Shown: positions 45,545-57,373, counted from the stretch's first letter. The stretch is 64,000 nt of DNA from Spirochaetales bacterium (GCA_017624275.1 JAGANG010000078.1:45118-109117), one strand, 5' to 3'. A program made the numbers and translations. The notes: generated from the sequence alone by a model not told the origin.

Positions 45545-46621
45545 TTATTCGCAGAGTTTTAAAAAATCTTCAAAAATATATGTGGAATCATGCGGTCCCG
45601 GTCCGGCTTCCGGATGGAATTGAACGCTGCAAACTTTTTTGCTTACACATCTGATTCCCTGTACGGTAAAATCATTTAAATTAATATGTGTAATTTCCAC
45701 ACCTTCAGGGATATTTTCGTTTCTTACGGCATATCCGTGATTTTGAGATGTTATTGTAACTTTTCCGGTAAGTAAATTTTTAACCGGATGATTTGCACCA
45801 CGATGACCGAATTTTAATTTGAAAGTGTCGAGTCCCAGTGCAAGTGATAAAATTTGATGTCCTAAACAGATTCCGCCGATAGGAAGTTTTCCCAGTAAAC
45901 CTTTTACCAATTCTACTCCGTAAGTAGTTTGTTTTGGATCTCCGGGACCGTTAGATAAGACAACAAGATCAAATCCTTTTTGTAAAACATAATCAGCTTT
46001 TACATCAGCTCGCATTACGGTAAGTCTGTGTCCCATAGCTTGCAAAGTACGAATGATACTTTGTTTTATACCGAAATCAACAACTCCGATATTTTTACCG
46101 TTACCTTCTATTACATATTCATTTTCAGTTGTTGCATCCATTACATAATCATGACTTGCAAAATCCGGAACGTTTTGGGCAAGTTGAACCATTTTGTCGT
46201 CGGGCAATTTATTTGTTGTAATAAAACCTTTCATTACTCCGCGGTTTCTGATTCTTTTTGTAATTGCACGAGTGTCAACTCCCTGTATACCGAGTAGATT
46301 ATTCTTTTTTAAATAAGCATCGATAGTTCCTTGGCTTCGGAAATTATTTGGGAAATCCGCAGCTTCTTTTACTACAAATCCTCTCAAAAATGGATGCCGA
46401 GATTCGGTATCACTTTCTATATATCCATAATTTCCAATTTGCGGATAAGTCATTACTACTATTTGACCGCTGTAAGAAGGGTCAGTGAGTAATTCTTGAT
46501 ATCCGGTAACACCGGTATTAAAAACTACTTCGCCCTCAGTATATTCTCCGCTACCAAATGCGGTTCCTTCAAATATGGAACCATCTTCAAGTACAAGATA
46601 CGCTTTTTTACACTCGTCCAA
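45545..46621 (-). CDS. carA: carbamoyl-phosphate synthase small subunit (glutamine amidotransferase)
   Basis: 358 aa. GATase triad context GICLGHQ. Confidence 0.95.
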   Translation of the reverse strand: MDECKKAYLVLEDGSIFEGTAFGSGEYTEGEVVFNTGVTGYQELLTDPSYSGQIVVMTYPQIGNYGYIESDTESRHPFLRGFVVKEAADFPNNFRSQGTIDAYLKKNNLLGIQGVDTRAITKRIRNRGVMKGFITTNKLPDDKMVQLAQNVPDFASHDYVMDATTENEYVIEGNGKNIGVVDFGIKQSIIRTLQAMGHRLTVMRADVKADYVLQKGFDLVVLSNGPGDPKQTTYGVELVKGLLGKLPIGGICLGHQILSLALGLDTFKLKFGHRGANHPVKNLLTGKVTITSQNHGYAVRNENIPEGVEITHINLNDFTVQGIRCVSKKVCSVQFHPEAGPGPHDSTYIFEDFLKLCE

Positions 46622-46623
46622 GA

Positions 46624-47817
46624 TTAAGTCCTTTTTTTAAAGATTTGTTCTAATGCATTAAGCACTAAATCTATTTCTTCTTTTTTTATAATTAACGGTG
46701 GTAAAAATCTAACTACAGAAGTACCTGCAGGAACAGTAACAATATGATGTTCCAGTAATTCTTTTACAAGTTCTGCTGCAGAATAATCGATTTCAATTCC
46801 TAACAGAAAACCGACACCGCGAATATCTTTTATCACATTATATTTCTGCTGCAATTTTTTTAAACTTTCGACAAAATAACTACTGTTTTCTTTTACAGCG
46901 TTAAGAATGTTTTCTTTATTAAATACGTCCAATACAGCATTGGCTGCAGCGGCTACAATCGGATTTCCTCCGAATGTACTGGCGTGGTCACCGGGTTGCA
47001 ATATGTTTTCAGTTTTTTCGTTTACAAAAAAAGCACCCATAGGTAAGCCGCCGGCAAGACCTTTTGCCGTAGTGAAAACATCCGGAGTACAGTCTTTGTA
47101 TTGCATATGACAAAACAAAGAACCGGTACGTCCCATTCCGCATTGAACCTCATCATAAATCAAAAGAGCATCGTGTTTATCACACAAATCACGTACGCCT
47201 TTTAAGAAATCATGGCTTGCCGGATGAACTCCGCCTTCACCTTGAATCGGTTCTAATATAACAGCACAGACATCATCATCCATTAGATTTTTTACAGAAT
47301 CTAAGTCGTTGTATTCTGCATAATAAACATCCGGTAATAATGGATAAAAAGGTTTCTGGTATTTTTCTTGTGCGGTCACAGTTACCGTAGCCATAGTTCT
47401 GCCGTGAAAAGAGTGGTACATGGAAATAATCTTTGTTTTATTTGTTTTCCCGTTTTGCTTTCCGTATTTACGGGCAAGTTTCAATGCTCCTTCATTAGCT
47501 TCAGCTCCGGAATTACAAAAGAAAACACGTTTTGCTCCGGTAGCATTTATTAATTTTTCAGCTAAGTCAGCAACAGGAGTACTATAGTAAAGATTACTCG
47601 TATGCCACAAAGTTTCAGCTTGTTCTTTTACCGCTTTTACAAGTTCCGGATGACAATGTCCTAAAAGGGTAACAGCTATACCGGAACCCATATCTAAGAA
47701 TTTTTCTCCGTCTTTTGTATATAAAAAACAACCTTCCCCTTTTTCAAAAACTACAGGGTAGCGATTGTATGTATTTAGAATATATTTACCAGTTTTTTCT
47801 ATTGTATCCATATTCAA
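46624..47817 (-). CDS. argD: acetylornithine aminotransferase
   Basis: 397 aa class-III PLP aminotransferase (DEVQCGMGRTG). Sits within an arginine gene block. Confidence 0.88.
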   Translation of the reverse strand: MNMDTIEKTGKYILNTYNRYPVVFEKGEGCFLYTKDGEKFLDMGSGIAVTLLGHCHPELVKAVKEQAETLWHTSNLYYSTPVADLAEKLINATGAKRVFFCNSGAEANEGALKLARKYGKQNGKTNKTKIISMYHSFHGRTMATVTVTAQEKYQKPFYPLLPDVYYAEYNDLDSVKNLMDDDVCAVILEPIQGEGGVHPASHDFLKGVRDLCDKHDALLIYDEVQCGMGRTGSLFCHMQYKDCTPDVFTTAKGLAGGLPMGAFFVNEKTENILQPGDHASTFGGNPIVAAAANAVLDVFNKENILNAVKENSSYFVESLKKLQQKYNVIKDIRGVGFLLGIEIDYSAAELVKELLEHHIVTVPAGTSVVRFLPPLIIKKEEIDLVLNALEQIFKKRT

Positions 47818-47829
47818 ATTCCCAGAAGA

Positions 47830-48732
47830 TTAATTTCCTACAACCATTGTTCCTATACCGTGATCAGTAAAGATTTCCAATAAGATTGAATGTTTTTGGC
47901 GACCGTCTACGATATGAGTACGTTTTACTCCGTTAGAAATTCCGTTGATACAAGCACGAACTTTTGGAATCATTCCACCGCTGATTTCTCCTTTTTCAAT
48001 CATTTGTTTTGCACGATGGATTGTAAGAGATTCTATTTTTGTTGCCGGATTACTTGGATTTTCGTAAATGCCGTCAACATCTGTAACCATGATAAGTTTA
48101 TCAGCCTTTAAAGAAACTGCTACTTCACTGGCAACTTCATCGGCATTGATATTGTAGTGTTCTCCGTCAATACCTACTCCGATAGGAGCGATAACAGGGA
48201 TATAACCGTTTTGATTCAACAAGTTTACAAGTGAACTGTCGATTCTTTCAATATCTCCGACAAAACCTAAATCAATATTTTTTTCTTTCTTAGTTTCCGG
48301 ATCGAGAACAGTTTCCATCATTTTCTTTCTTGCTTGGATAATATTTGAATCCGCTCCGGATAGACCGACAGCTTTTCCGCCGAAATGATTAATCATACTG
48401 ACAATGTCTTGATTTGTTTTTCCTACCAAGCTCATTTGAACTGCATCCATTGTTTCTTTATCAGTAACTCGTAAACCATTTACAAAAGTAGTTTCTTTTC
48501 CGATTTTTTGCAGAAAAGATGTAATTTCAGGTCCGCCGCCGTGAACAACAACTACGTTAATACCAATATAGCGAAGCAATATGAAATCTTTGATAATATC
48601 TTGTTTAAGATTATTATCAACCATTGCAGCACCGCCATATTTTATAACAAATGTTTTTGAATGAAATGTCTTAATATATGGCAATGACTCTATTAATACA
48701 TCTGCTTTTTCTTCTAATTTCTCAATCATCAT
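47830..48732 (-). CDS. argB: acetylglutamate kinase
   Basis: 300 aa amino-acid kinase (VIKYGGAAM, VVVHGGGP). Confidence 0.9.
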   Translation of the reverse strand: MMIEKLEEKADVLIESLPYIKTFHSKTFVIKYGGAAMVDNNLKQDIIKDFILLRYIGINVVVVHGGGPEITSFLQKIGKETTFVNGLRVTDKETMDAVQMSLVGKTNQDIVSMINHFGGKAVGLSGADSNIIQARKKMMETVLDPETKKEKNIDLGFVGDIERIDSSLVNLLNQNGYIPVIAPIGVGIDGEHYNINADEVASEVAVSLKADKLIMVTDVDGIYENPSNPATKIESLTIHRAKQMIEKGEISGGMIPKVRACINGISNGVKRTHIVDGRQKHSILLEIFTDHGIGTMVVGN

Positions 48733-48760
48733 CTTTACCTTCCTTTGTCTTTGTTAAAAA

Positions 48761-49975
48761 TTATGAGCGGTAATCCGCATTTATACGAACATATTCGTGA
48801 GAAAGATCTGAAGTCCATACACTCCAGCTTTTACTTCCTTTATCTAAATCAATTATAACTTTAAATGAATCTTTTTTTAATATTTGAGCAGCTTCTGCTT
48901 CATTAAAAGAAGTCGGTTCGCCGTTTTTAAATAACAAAAGATTATCAAAATAAAGTTTTAATTTAGTCGGTTTAAAATCTACGCCGCAATATCCGACAGC
49001 ACACAATATTCTACCGAAATTTGCGTCTTCGCCGTAAAATGCTGTTTTTACCAAACAAGACGTTGCGACAGACATTGCAACCTGTTTTGCTTCTTTTTCT
49101 GTTTTAGCATTTTTTACGTATATTTCCACGAGCTTTGTAGCACCTTCACCGTCTTGAACAATACTTTTTGCCATAGTACAAGCTGTTATTTCTACAGCTT
49201 TTGCGAATAATCTATAATCATCTCCGTTACCGCTGATTTCTTTGTTTCCGGCTAAGCCGCTTGAAATAAGAAATGTAGAGTCGTTTGTACTCATGTCTCC
49301 GTCAACGGTAATACTGTTAAAACTTTTTTCTACTGCGGCACGAAAAGCTTTTTCCAATGCTTTTTTACTGATTTTTGCATCGGTAAAAAGGAAACTCAAT
49401 GTAGTTGCCATATTTGGATGTATCATGCCGGAACCTTTTGCTACTCCGACAATGTGATATTCTTGATCTTTATTTTTAACTGTTACTCCATAGATTTTCA
49501 TGCGAGTATCAGTAGTCATAATTGCTTTTGCAAAATTATTCGGGTTTTGTTCATTAATTATTTTTGCGATTTTACTTAATCCGGAAGATATCGCATTGAA
49601 TGGTAATCTTTGCCCGATAACACCGGTAGACATCGGCAAAACACTGTCTGTAGGAATGTTAAATAGTTCAGAACATTCTTTACACGTATTGTACGCATCT
49701 TCTAATCCTAAATTCCCGGTACAAGCGTTAGCGTTGCCGCTGTTTACGACAACTGCACGTATTTTATTCTTAACATTCTTCTTACAAACTAAAACAGGTG
49801 CAGCTTTTACCTTATTAGTAGTAAACATTCCGGTACCGATACAATCAACATCGGCTAAAACAACACCTAAATCTAAAACGCCTTCTTTTTTGATTCCGGC
49901 GGCAACGCCGTTTGAATGAAAACCTTTTACCATTTCAATAGTAGGGCTTTCGATGAAAGAGATTTTATTATCCAT
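48761..49975 (-). CDS. argJ: bifunctional ornithine acetyltransferase / N-acetylglutamate synthase
   Basis: ATTLSF autoprocessing (ATML-type) motif. Start placed at MDNK behind RBS aaggaaa. A longer ORF to 50002 exists. Confidence 0.88.
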   Translation of the reverse strand: MDNKISFIESPTIEMVKGFHSNGVAAGIKKEGVLDLGVVLADVDCIGTGMFTTNKVKAAPVLVCKKNVKNKIRAVVVNSGNANACTGNLGLEDAYNTCKECSELFNIPTDSVLPMSTGVIGQRLPFNAISSGLSKIAKIINEQNPNNFAKAIMTTDTRMKIYGVTVKNKDQEYHIVGVAKGSGMIHPNMATTLSFLFTDAKISKKALEKAFRAAVEKSFNSITVDGDMSTNDSTFLISSGLAGNKEISGNGDDYRLFAKAVEITACTMAKSIVQDGEGATKLVEIYVKNAKTEKEAKQVAMSVATSCLVKTAFYGEDANFGRILCAVGYCGVDFKPTKLKLYFDNLLLFKNGEPTSFNEAEAAQILKKDSFKVIIDLDKGSKSWSVWTSDLSHEYVRINADYRS

Positions 49976-50280
49976 ACTCATTTCCTTTGAAAATAGGCAC
50001 ATTTCAATCTTATTACAAAAAGGGGAAAATTCTCCTGTACGACCAGTAAAGAAATTTTCCCATATCGGAGATACTTATTTTCAATTCGAAAAAATTTGAT
50101 ACAAAGTACTATATTTCGTTAATTTGTCAAGATGTCATACAAGGAATGAATGAACTGTTTAATGAAATGGAATTGTAATCTTTATAATATAGACGACAGA
50201 CTCAAATTTTATTTGTGACAAAAGCCGAATAAAGAGTTCTCGAAACTATTTGAGTTCCGTCGCCTATCTTGTTTTATAAA

Positions 50281-51045
50281 TTAATTTTCAAGGATGTCTC
50301 TGTGCAGACTTTCCTTATGTTTCAGCATTGCCAAAGGTACATTATAAGCGGCTTCCAGATTTTCTTTTGTAAAGACGTCTTTTGTTTTTCCTACAATAGG
50401 TTTTTCATCCCTTAAAAGAATGCATGCATTATCTGAATATTTTTCGCATAAGTTCAATTCATGAGCACAAAAAAGCAATGACATATCATTTTTATGAGAG
50501 TAGTCGGACAAATATTCTAAAGCTTTTTCTTTTTGATAATCTTCTAATGCAAAAACCGGTTCGTCCATTATTAAACTTTTAGAACCGTAAAGAAGACTGA
50601 ATGCCATTATAATTCGTTGCAATTCTCCTTTGCTGACTTCTTGAGTTTTGCGAGTCAATACATCGGAAAGTTCGAAAACTTGTATCAATTCTTGTAAAAA
50701 ACTTTCTTTCTTTTCTTTGTGAAAACCGTTTTCATAAACATATTGCAGTAAATCGCCGGACGGTTCTTCTGATTCAAATTCCATATTTTGAAAAACAAAT
50801 GATACCGCAGCTTGGCGTTCTTCCATAGAAGTAAAATCTTTCGTATTTTTTCCGCCGATAAAGACATCGCCGCTTTCCGGAAGAACAACGCCGCCGGCTA
50901 AAAGTAACATTGTAGATTTTCCGGTTCCGTTTTCTCCGATTACAGATGTAACGCCTGTGGGGATTTCTACGGAAAAATTTTTCAATGTCGGTTCTTCCAT
51001 ATCCGGATAAGTATAGGTAATATCTTTTAAGATAAATTCATTCAT
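50281..51045 (-). CDS. ABC transporter ATP-binding protein
   Basis: 254 aa. Walker A GENGTGKST, signature SKGELQR, Walker B LIMDEP. Confidence 0.8.
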   Translation of the reverse strand: MNEFILKDITYTYPDMEEPTLKNFSVEIPTGVTSVIGENGTGKSTMLLLAGGVVLPESGDVFIGGKNTKDFTSMEERQAAVSFVFQNMEFESEEPSGDLLQYVYENGFHKEKKESFLQELIQVFELSDVLTRKTQEVSKGELQRIIMAFSLLYGSKSLIMDEPVFALEDYQKEKALEYLSDYSHKNDMSLLFCAHELNLCEKYSDNACILLRDEKPIVGKTKDVFTKENLEAAYNVPLAMLKHKESLHRDILEN

Positions 51046-51196
51046 TATGATTTTCTCCTTAAATCAGTAAAACGTTAATCAATTGTATGTTTCTTAATAA
51101 ATCTCAATTATTGCGAAATATTAAAAAAAGGGTTAATGTGAAGTGTGTATTCTAACAGATTTCCGGTTAAAAGTTTTAACACGAGGCGTATTATTA

Positions 51197-51943
51197 ATGA
51201 AAAAATTATTATTTTTTTTATTATGCAGTCTATTTGTATTCAATTTGGTAGCAAATGAAAAAATAGTATCTGCAAATTTCTCTTTTGACCATTCATTAAA
51301 AACAGATTACAAAAGGAAAGTTTCTGATGATTTCGATATAACTCGACGTATTATTAATTACAATAATTGTAATACTGCCGGTATTTTTCTTTTATCTTAC
51401 AGTATTCCTACTTTTTTATGGTCAGTAGTATCGACATCTGTTTTTTCCGAACTTGTAAAATCCGGAGATGCTGATTTTGATAGTTGGGGAACGATTGCTC
51501 TGACATCCGGCTTGTTGAGTTCCGGATTATTATGCTCGGGTTTGATTTTGTTAATTTTCGGTGCAGTAAAATATCATCGTTATAAAAAATGGGGAAACCG
51601 AGAGATTTTGTATGATGTCTTCGCCGCAAGACAACGTTTATTTTCCTATTTTGCCATAGGCGGCGGTATAGCTTCCGGGATCAGTACAGCATCTCTTATA
51701 AGCTGCGGAGTAGCCATGCTCTTTTTCCCGGAAATAATTTCATCATATATTTTAGGCGGAATAGTTATCACTTCGGCAACCTTATTGACAATAGGATTAC
51801 CGTTGATGATTGTCAGTTTGGCATTAAGAAGTTGGATAAAAAAAGAGTGTAGGCGACTCGATTTCGCAATATCTCAAACAAAAGATAAAGAATTGCGAAT
51901 GTCAGTCAGTATACCGTTTAAAACAACATATACTAAATATTAA
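51197..51943 (+). CDS. hypothetical multi-pass membrane protein
   Basis: Start placed at MKKLLFFLLCSLFV. Several hydrophobic helices. No known motif. Confidence 0.5.
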   Translation: MKKLLFFLLCSLFVFNLVANEKIVSANFSFDHSLKTDYKRKVSDDFDITRRIINYNNCNTAGIFLLSYSIPTFLWSVVSTSVFSELVKSGDADFDSWGTIALTSGLLSSGLLCSGLILLIFGAVKYHRYKKWGNREILYDVFAARQRLFSYFAIGGGIASGISTASLISCGVAMLFFPEIISSYILGGIVITSATLLTIGLPLMIVSLALRSWIKKECRRLDFAISQTKDKELRMSVSIPFKTTYTKY

Positions 51944-51957
51944 CAGTCGGAGAAAAC

Positions 51958-52665
51958 ATGAAATTACCAGTAAAAAATAATCCCGGAAAAACATATAAGG
52001 TGTGTCCGTCAAAAATACTTGCAATCGGACTAAATTACAAAACACATATTGCAGAAAGCGATAAAATTAATGTTCGCGGTTTTACTGCGGAAGAACCTAC
52101 AGAACCGGTAGTTTTTCCAAAAACTCCGAATGCAATAACAGGCAATGCAACTGCAATAAAACTTCCTGCAATAGCAGAAAGTTACGGATTTGAAACGTTG
52201 CGTACTGATTATGAAGGAGAGTTGGCTGTTATTATCGGGAAAAAATGTAAGAATGTAGCACCGGAGAAAGCACTTGATTATGTTTACGGCTATACAATTG
52301 CAAATGATGTAAGTCAGCGTAATATTCAAAATGCTGATAAATCCGGATGGTTTAGAGGTAAATCATTCGATACATTTTTACCTTTAGGACCGGAAGTTCT
52401 ATTGAAAGAAGATGTTGCTGATATCCAAAATCTTCGATTAACAACACGTTTAAACGGCATTCCCGTACAAGACAGTAATACCGGCATGATGATTTTTCCG
52501 GTAAAAGAATTAGTATCATTTTTATCTCGTAATTTTACTTTAGAAGCGGGGGATATCATATTGACCGGAACACCGAGTGGCGTGGGAGAGTTGCACGTGG
52601 GAGATTCCGTAGAAATTGAAATTGAGCAAATCGGGATTTTACGCAATACGGTAGAAAAAGAATAA
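51958..52665 (+). CDS. fumarylacetoacetate hydrolase (FAH)-family protein
   Basis: 235 aa. YEGELAVIIGK...FDTFLPLGP...TGTPSGVG typical of the FAH fold. Confidence 0.8.
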   Translation: MKLPVKNNPGKTYKVCPSKILAIGLNYKTHIAESDKINVRGFTAEEPTEPVVFPKTPNAITGNATAIKLPAIAESYGFETLRTDYEGELAVIIGKKCKNVAPEKALDYVYGYTIANDVSQRNIQNADKSGWFRGKSFDTFLPLGPEVLLKEDVADIQNLRLTTRLNGIPVQDSNTGMMIFPVKELVSFLSRNFTLEAGDIILTGTPSGVGELHVGDSVEIEIEQIGILRNTVEKE

Positions 52666-52757
52666 TAACCGTAAAAAGTTCAGTAAGATTTTTTAACTAG
52701 TACGATAATGCACTTCTAAAGTCGGACAGATAATGTCAGATTTCAGAAGTGCTTTTT

Positions 52758-53321
52758 TTATAAGAATTCTTTTACTCCACCGAAAGTTTTTCGGTGAATC
52801 GGGCTGACTCCGAACTGTTTTATTGCATCACGATGTTCGGCGGTGGGGTAACCTTTATGTTTTGTAAAATTGTATTGCGGATAAATTTCTGCCATTTTTA
52901 GCATATAACGGTCTCGACTGACTTTTGCCAAAATAGATGCCGCCATGATTTCTTGAATCTTACTGTCGCCTTTTACTACGGCTTCTCCCGGGATTTTTAA
53001 TGTTGCAGGGTAGCGATTCCCGTCAACTTGGATAAAAGTCGGCTTTATCTGAAGTTGTTTTACAGCTCGCTGCATTGCAAGAAACGTTGCTTGTAAAATA
53101 TTTAGGCGATCGATTTCTTCCGGACTTGCCCAGGCAATAGCGTAAGCTACAGATTTTTGGATTATTTCATCAAAAAGCAATTCTCGTTTTCGTTCAGAAA
53201 GTTTTTTAGAATCGTTAAGACCTTCTATTTGTACTCCGTGTAAAATTACGGCGGCAGCACATACCGGTCCGGCTAAAGGTCCTCTTCCGGCTTCATCTAC
53301 ACCGGCAATAATAGCATCCAT
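52758..53321 (-). CDS. rnhB: ribonuclease HII
   Basis: 187 aa. [14 protein letters not shown] active-site motif. Confidence 0.9.
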   Translation of the reverse strand: MDAIIAGVDEAGRGPLAGPVCAAAVILHGVQIEGLNDSKKLSERKRELLFDEIIQKSVAYAIAWASPEEIDRLNILQATFLAMQRAVKQLQIKPTFIQVDGNRYPATLKIPGEAVVKGDSKIQEIMAASILAKVSRDRYMLKMAEIYPQYNFTKHKGYPTAEHRDAIKQFGVSPIHRKTFGGVKEFL

Positions 53322-53331
53322 TTTATTTTCC

Positions 53332-54336
53332 TTAATTTTTTAAAGTTCCTACAAGAGTAACTTCATCTCTATCATGATAAAGATGGACTACTTTTGCATT
53401 GTTTGTATGTGGCATAAGCAAGCCGCCGGCATGTTCCAATTCTGAAATTAATTTAATCGGATTAACATGACCGAACTTAAAATTTATAACAAAAGAACGA
53501 CACCAACGATTGGCAAACCATTGTGAAATCATTTGCATTACATGATGAGGTTCTTCTACCAAGTCGCAGAACAACCAATCCATCCTTGTATGCGGTACAA
53601 ATTTAAAAGCATCATTTTTTTTATGAATGATGGTATCCCATTGCAATGCACCTTTTTTTAACGGGCCGTTGTCTATGGCAAAAACAGTAGCTCCACGTTT
53701 TGCCGCACTGAAACTCCAACCTCCGGGAGCCGCTCCTAAATCCACAACTAAATCGTTTTGTAACGGAGAATGTTCCAATACTCTGTAGCCTTCTTCTACT
53801 TTTAAATATGAACGTGACGGAGCTAACGGGTCATCCGCCATTCTACATTGCCCGTTATAATGAAAGTTTACTGCAATATTTAACTTGTTAAAATCTGTAA
53901 CATAAACGAGTAAACCAATATGATCTCCCGGTTTTTTAGGGAAATCGTCGACCATTAGTTTTGATACTCGGGACATACGTTTTTTTAATATTTCAAAAAA
54001 TGCATCTTTTATCGATTTCATTCGACGGGACAATCCCGGTTCGGCTCTGGAATCAAGAAAAACAGCATGCCATGAGCTTTCAAATTTTATATTTAACGTG
54101 TTGTTAATAAAATAATCAAATATCCGTCCGGCAAGAGTTTTTACCCCGGTATCTTCTAATATTTCACTGTTGTTTGCAAAAAAATGAGGAAAAACACAAT
54201 TATTTAGTTTGCCGGAATACATTACACATCCCGGAGAATGCGTCAGCGGTTTTACATTACGCAAATCAGCCAATTCATCTCTGGTTAAAGCCTCAAAACC
54301 ATTTTGGCAAATTGCAAATCCATTTTTATCACTCAT
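53332..54336 (-). CDS. rlmM: 23S rRNA (cytidine-2'-O)-methyltransferase RlmM-like
   Basis: 334 aa. C-terminal [10 protein letters not shown]...FCDLVEEP...NFKF matches the RlmM SAM-methyltransferase domain. Confidence 0.75.
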   Translation of the reverse strand: MSDKNGFAICQNGFEALTRDELADLRNVKPLTHSPGCVMYSGKLNNCVFPHFFANNSEILEDTGVKTLAGRIFDYFINNTLNIKFESSWHAVFLDSRAEPGLSRRMKSIKDAFFEILKKRMSRVSKLMVDDFPKKPGDHIGLLVYVTDFNKLNIAVNFHYNGQCRMADDPLAPSRSYLKVEEGYRVLEHSPLQNDLVVDLGAAPGGWSFSAAKRGATVFAIDNGPLKKGALQWDTIIHKKNDAFKFVPHTRMDWLFCDLVEEPHHVMQMISQWFANRWCRSFVINFKFGHVNPIKLISELEHAGGLLMPHTNNAKVVHLYHDRDEVTLVGTLKN

Positions 54337-54483
54337 TATTTTTTCCTTTATATAGTGTGAAATTGTTTTAATAACATAAGGACTTTTCCTTGTCTACTTT
54401 TCTTGTAGCCTTGAAGAAAATGTTTAAAAAAAGTATTTTCTGTGCTATATGTAAAATCCCTATATTTGATAAAGGCGGAAATC

Positions 54484-55410
54484 GTGACATTCAGAAAAGC
54501 TTTAGTAATTTACGTTCCAAGAGTAGGAAAGCGAAAAAAGATAAAAACGTCGCAGAAATTGTACAACATGATAAAAAAAATATCTGTAGAATCTCCGATT
54601 TTTTTCGAGACTCCGTCAGTAGAAGCGACTCACTCTTTTATTTACGAAAATTTACTAAAGAAAGAATTTGATGTGATATTGGTTGCCGGTGGAGACGGAT
54701 TGGTTTCTTCTGTTTGTAACGGGCTAATGAGTGTTCCCAAAGATTTTCGAGTGCCTTTTTTGCCTTTGGCAATGGGTAGCGGAAATACTTTTTCCGAAGA
54801 TTTAGGAATAAAATCAGTCAAAGATGCGATTCGGTTAATAGAAAAAGCAACAGTCCTTTCAAAAACGGATATTTTAAAAGTTAAAACAAATGAGAAAGTT
54901 TTTTATTGCGTAAATGTTCTCGGCGGCGGTTTTATTACCGATGTAGCAAAGCTTGCAGAAGAAAGCGGAAAGAAGCTGGGAGCATTTACTTATATTTGGG
55001 CTGTTATAAAAGCATTAAAGAAAATGAATAATTATAAAGTAAGATTAACAGGGCGAGATGGAAAAACCTTGTTCCAAAGTTCACGAACAGTTTTGATTTC
55101 ATTTAATAATAATTGCAAAACTGGTGCAGCATTTAAAATGGCTCCGGATGCGTTGATTAATGACGGAGTTGTTGATGTTGTGGTTCTTCATGATATTTCT
55201 CGAATTGAGTTTTTTATCGGTTTTTTAAAACTTTTTAACGGCGAGCATATTTTTTGTCGTGGTTGTGAATATTTTCAGACTGACTATATAAAGGTAGAAT
55301 CTTTACCGGAATTAGCACTTATGCCGGACGGAGAATTGTTCGGTAATTCGCCGTTTGAAGTAGAAGTAGTAAAAAATGAATTAGAGATTGCCTTAACGTT
55401 GAATAATTAA
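54484..55410 (+). CDS. diacylglycerol-kinase-family lipid kinase (YegS-like)
   Basis: DVILVAGGDGLVSSVCNGL DAGK_cat motif. GTG start at 54484 chosen behind RBS aaaggcgga. The longer ATG ORF from 54442 is unlikely. Confidence 0.72.
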   Translation: MTFRKALVIYVPRVGKRKKIKTSQKLYNMIKKISVESPIFFETPSVEATHSFIYENLLKKEFDVILVAGGDGLVSSVCNGLMSVPKDFRVPFLPLAMGSGNTFSEDLGIKSVKDAIRLIEKATVLSKTDILKVKTNEKVFYCVNVLGGGFITDVAKLAEESGKKLGAFTYIWAVIKALKKMNNYKVRLTGRDGKTLFQSSRTVLISFNNNCKTGAAFKMAPDALINDGVVDVVVLHDISRIEFFIGFLKLFNGEHIFCRGCEYFQTDYIKVESLPELALMPDGELFGNSPFEVEVVKNELEIALTLNN

Positions 55411-55475
55411 TACTTTATATAATTAAATAATTACACTTAGTATACATGGCTTTTTAATAAAAGTATAAATTATTG

Positions 55476-55511
55476 ACTTACAAATTAACTTCTTTTATAA
55501 GTAGTGGTTAT
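55476..55511 (+). promoter_or_regulatory. sigma70-like promoter for glyA
   Basis: TTGACT-17 nt-TATAAG about 30 nt upstream of the glyA GTG start. Confidence 0.4.
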
Positions 55512-55539
55512 CTTTTTAATGCGAGAAGGAGAAAGTTAA

Positions 55540-56823
55540 GTGGATAATTTGAAACAGTTTGATCCAGATTTATTTAATGCAATGGAAAAAGAGTTGGGAC
55601 GTGAAAAATACCAGCTTGAAATGATTGCCAGTGAAAATATTGTAAGTAAGAATGTGCTTGATGCTCAAGGAAGTGTTTTGACCAATAAATATGCCGAAGG
55701 ATATCCCGGAAAGCGATATTACGGCGGTTGTGAGTATGTAGATGTAGTAGAAAATCTTGCAATAGAACGAGCTAAGAAATTGTTCGATTGTGAATACGTT
55801 AATGTTCAGCCGCACTCCGGAAGTCAGGCAAATATGGGTGTTTATTTGTCAGTATTAAAACCGGGGGATAAAATATTAGGAATGTCTTTGGCACACGGCG
55901 GACATTTGACTCATGGAGCAACAGTTAATTTTTCAGGAAAAGTATTTAAATCGGTTACTTACGGAGTTTCAAAAGAAACCGGTTATATTGATTATGACGA
56001 ACTTGAAGCAATTGCAAAAAAAGAAATGCCTCAAATTATCGTAGCCGGAGCCAGTGCTTATCCGAGAGTAATTGATTTTAAACGATTCAGAGAAATAGCA
56101 GATAGTGTCGGTGCTTATTTAATGGTAGATATGGCACATATTGCAGGATTAGTTGCAGCCGGAGTTCATCCGTCACCTGTTCCTTATGCTCATTTTGTTA
56201 CTACGACTACACATAAAACTTTACGTGGACCTCGTGGCGGTATGATTTTAATGGGAAAAGATTTTGAAAACAAAATGGGAATTGTGGCTCCGAAAAGCGG
56301 TCGTGTAAAAATGATGAGCGAAATTATTAACAGTACAGTTTTCCCTGGTATTCAAGGCGGTCCGTTAATGCATGTAATTGCAGGAAAAGCTGTAGCATTT
56401 AAGGAAGCATTAGAGCCGTCATTTAAGGATTATCAAAATCAGGTCGTAAAAAACAGTCAGGCATTAGCTAAGAAATTACAAGAATACGGTTTTGATTTAT
56501 TTTCAGGCGGTACGGACAATCATTTGATGTTAATAAATCTAAATAATAAAGGTGTTACCGGAAAACAAGCTGAAGAAGCTCTTGATAAAGCCGGAATCAC
56601 TGTTAATAAAAACGGAATTCCTTTTGATACTCAACCTCCTACAGTTACCGGAGGATTACGAGTAGGAACAGCTGCATTGACAACAAGAGGAATGAAAGAA
56701 GCAGAAATGGAAACGATTGCAAATTGGATGAGTCAGATTATTTCTGATATTGATAATGTTTCACTTCAACAAGAAATTAGAAATGAAGTAAAAGCATTAT
56801 GTGAAAAATTTCCGATTTACTAA
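55540..56823 (+). CDS. glyA: serine hydroxymethyltransferase
   Basis: 427 aa. PLP site [17 protein letters not shown] start behind RBS aaggag. Confidence 0.95.
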   Translation: MDNLKQFDPDLFNAMEKELGREKYQLEMIASENIVSKNVLDAQGSVLTNKYAEGYPGKRYYGGCEYVDVVENLAIERAKKLFDCEYVNVQPHSGSQANMGVYLSVLKPGDKILGMSLAHGGHLTHGATVNFSGKVFKSVTYGVSKETGYIDYDELEAIAKKEMPQIIVAGASAYPRVIDFKRFREIADSVGAYLMVDMAHIAGLVAAGVHPSPVPYAHFVTTTTHKTLRGPRGGMILMGKDFENKMGIVAPKSGRVKMMSEIINSTVFPGIQGGPLMHVIAGKAVAFKEALEPSFKDYQNQVVKNSQALAKKLQEYGFDLFSGGTDNHLMLINLNNKGVTGKQAEEALDKAGITVNKNGIPFDTQPPTVTGGLRVGTAALTTRGMKEAEMETIANWMSQIISDIDNVSLQQEIRNEVKALCEKFPIY

Positions 56824-56843
56824 AAAATATTTGGAGAGTGTTG

Positions 56844-57347
56844 ATGATTCAAGAAAATCTTGCTTTTTTATTGGATAATTTGTCGGGAGTATGGAAAATA
56901 CTTTTTAATCGTGTAATGATATTGAGTTGTTCTTCCCAGATTGTGTCAATGCTTGTGAAGTCTTTGATAAAGTCTGTTAAGAATAAAAAGTTTTCTTTAA
57001 AGGAAATGGCAAGTTATGGTGGAATGCCGTCCAGTCATACAGCATTTATTGTATCGGCAACACTTGGTTTGGGAATCGAATACGGTTGGAATTCCGGAGT
57101 TTTTGGTTTTGCTATAGTATCGGCATTGATAGTACTTGTAGATGCGGTAAAATTACGTGGAACGATAGACAGAGTGAATGAACGCTCTACTTATTTGGCT
57201 AAAGACTGTCCGGAAAGTGAGATAGGAAAAACACCTAAGCATATTGCTCACAAATTTAGTGAAGTTATAGGCGGAATTGTATTTGCGATAATTTATACTT
57301 TCCTATTTTACCTTTGTTTCAAAGGTTTTTTTGATTTTGCAAATTGA
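56844..57347 (+). CDS. divergent PAP2/DUF212-family membrane protein
   Basis: GGMPSSHTA signature of the DUF212 (acid-phosphatase/haloperoxidase-related) family. ATG at 56844 behind RBS ggagag. Confidence 0.7.
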   Translation: MIQENLAFLLDNLSGVWKILFNRVMILSCSSQIVSMLVKSLIKSVKNKKFSLKEMASYGGMPSSHTAFIVSATLGLGIEYGWNSGVFGFAIVSALIVLVDAVKLRGTIDRVNERSTYLAKDCPESEIGKTPKHIAHKFSEVIGGIVFAIIYTFLFYLCFKGFFDFAN

Positions 57348-57373
57348 TATTGTTTTTATCTTTTTTCTGTGGG

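Noticed and set aside
50003-50280. ARG box upstream of argJ
   Set aside because: A segment ttttcaattcgaaaaaatttgat loosely resembles half of an ArgR operator, but no convincing 18-bp palindrome pair was found. It is not reported as a feature.
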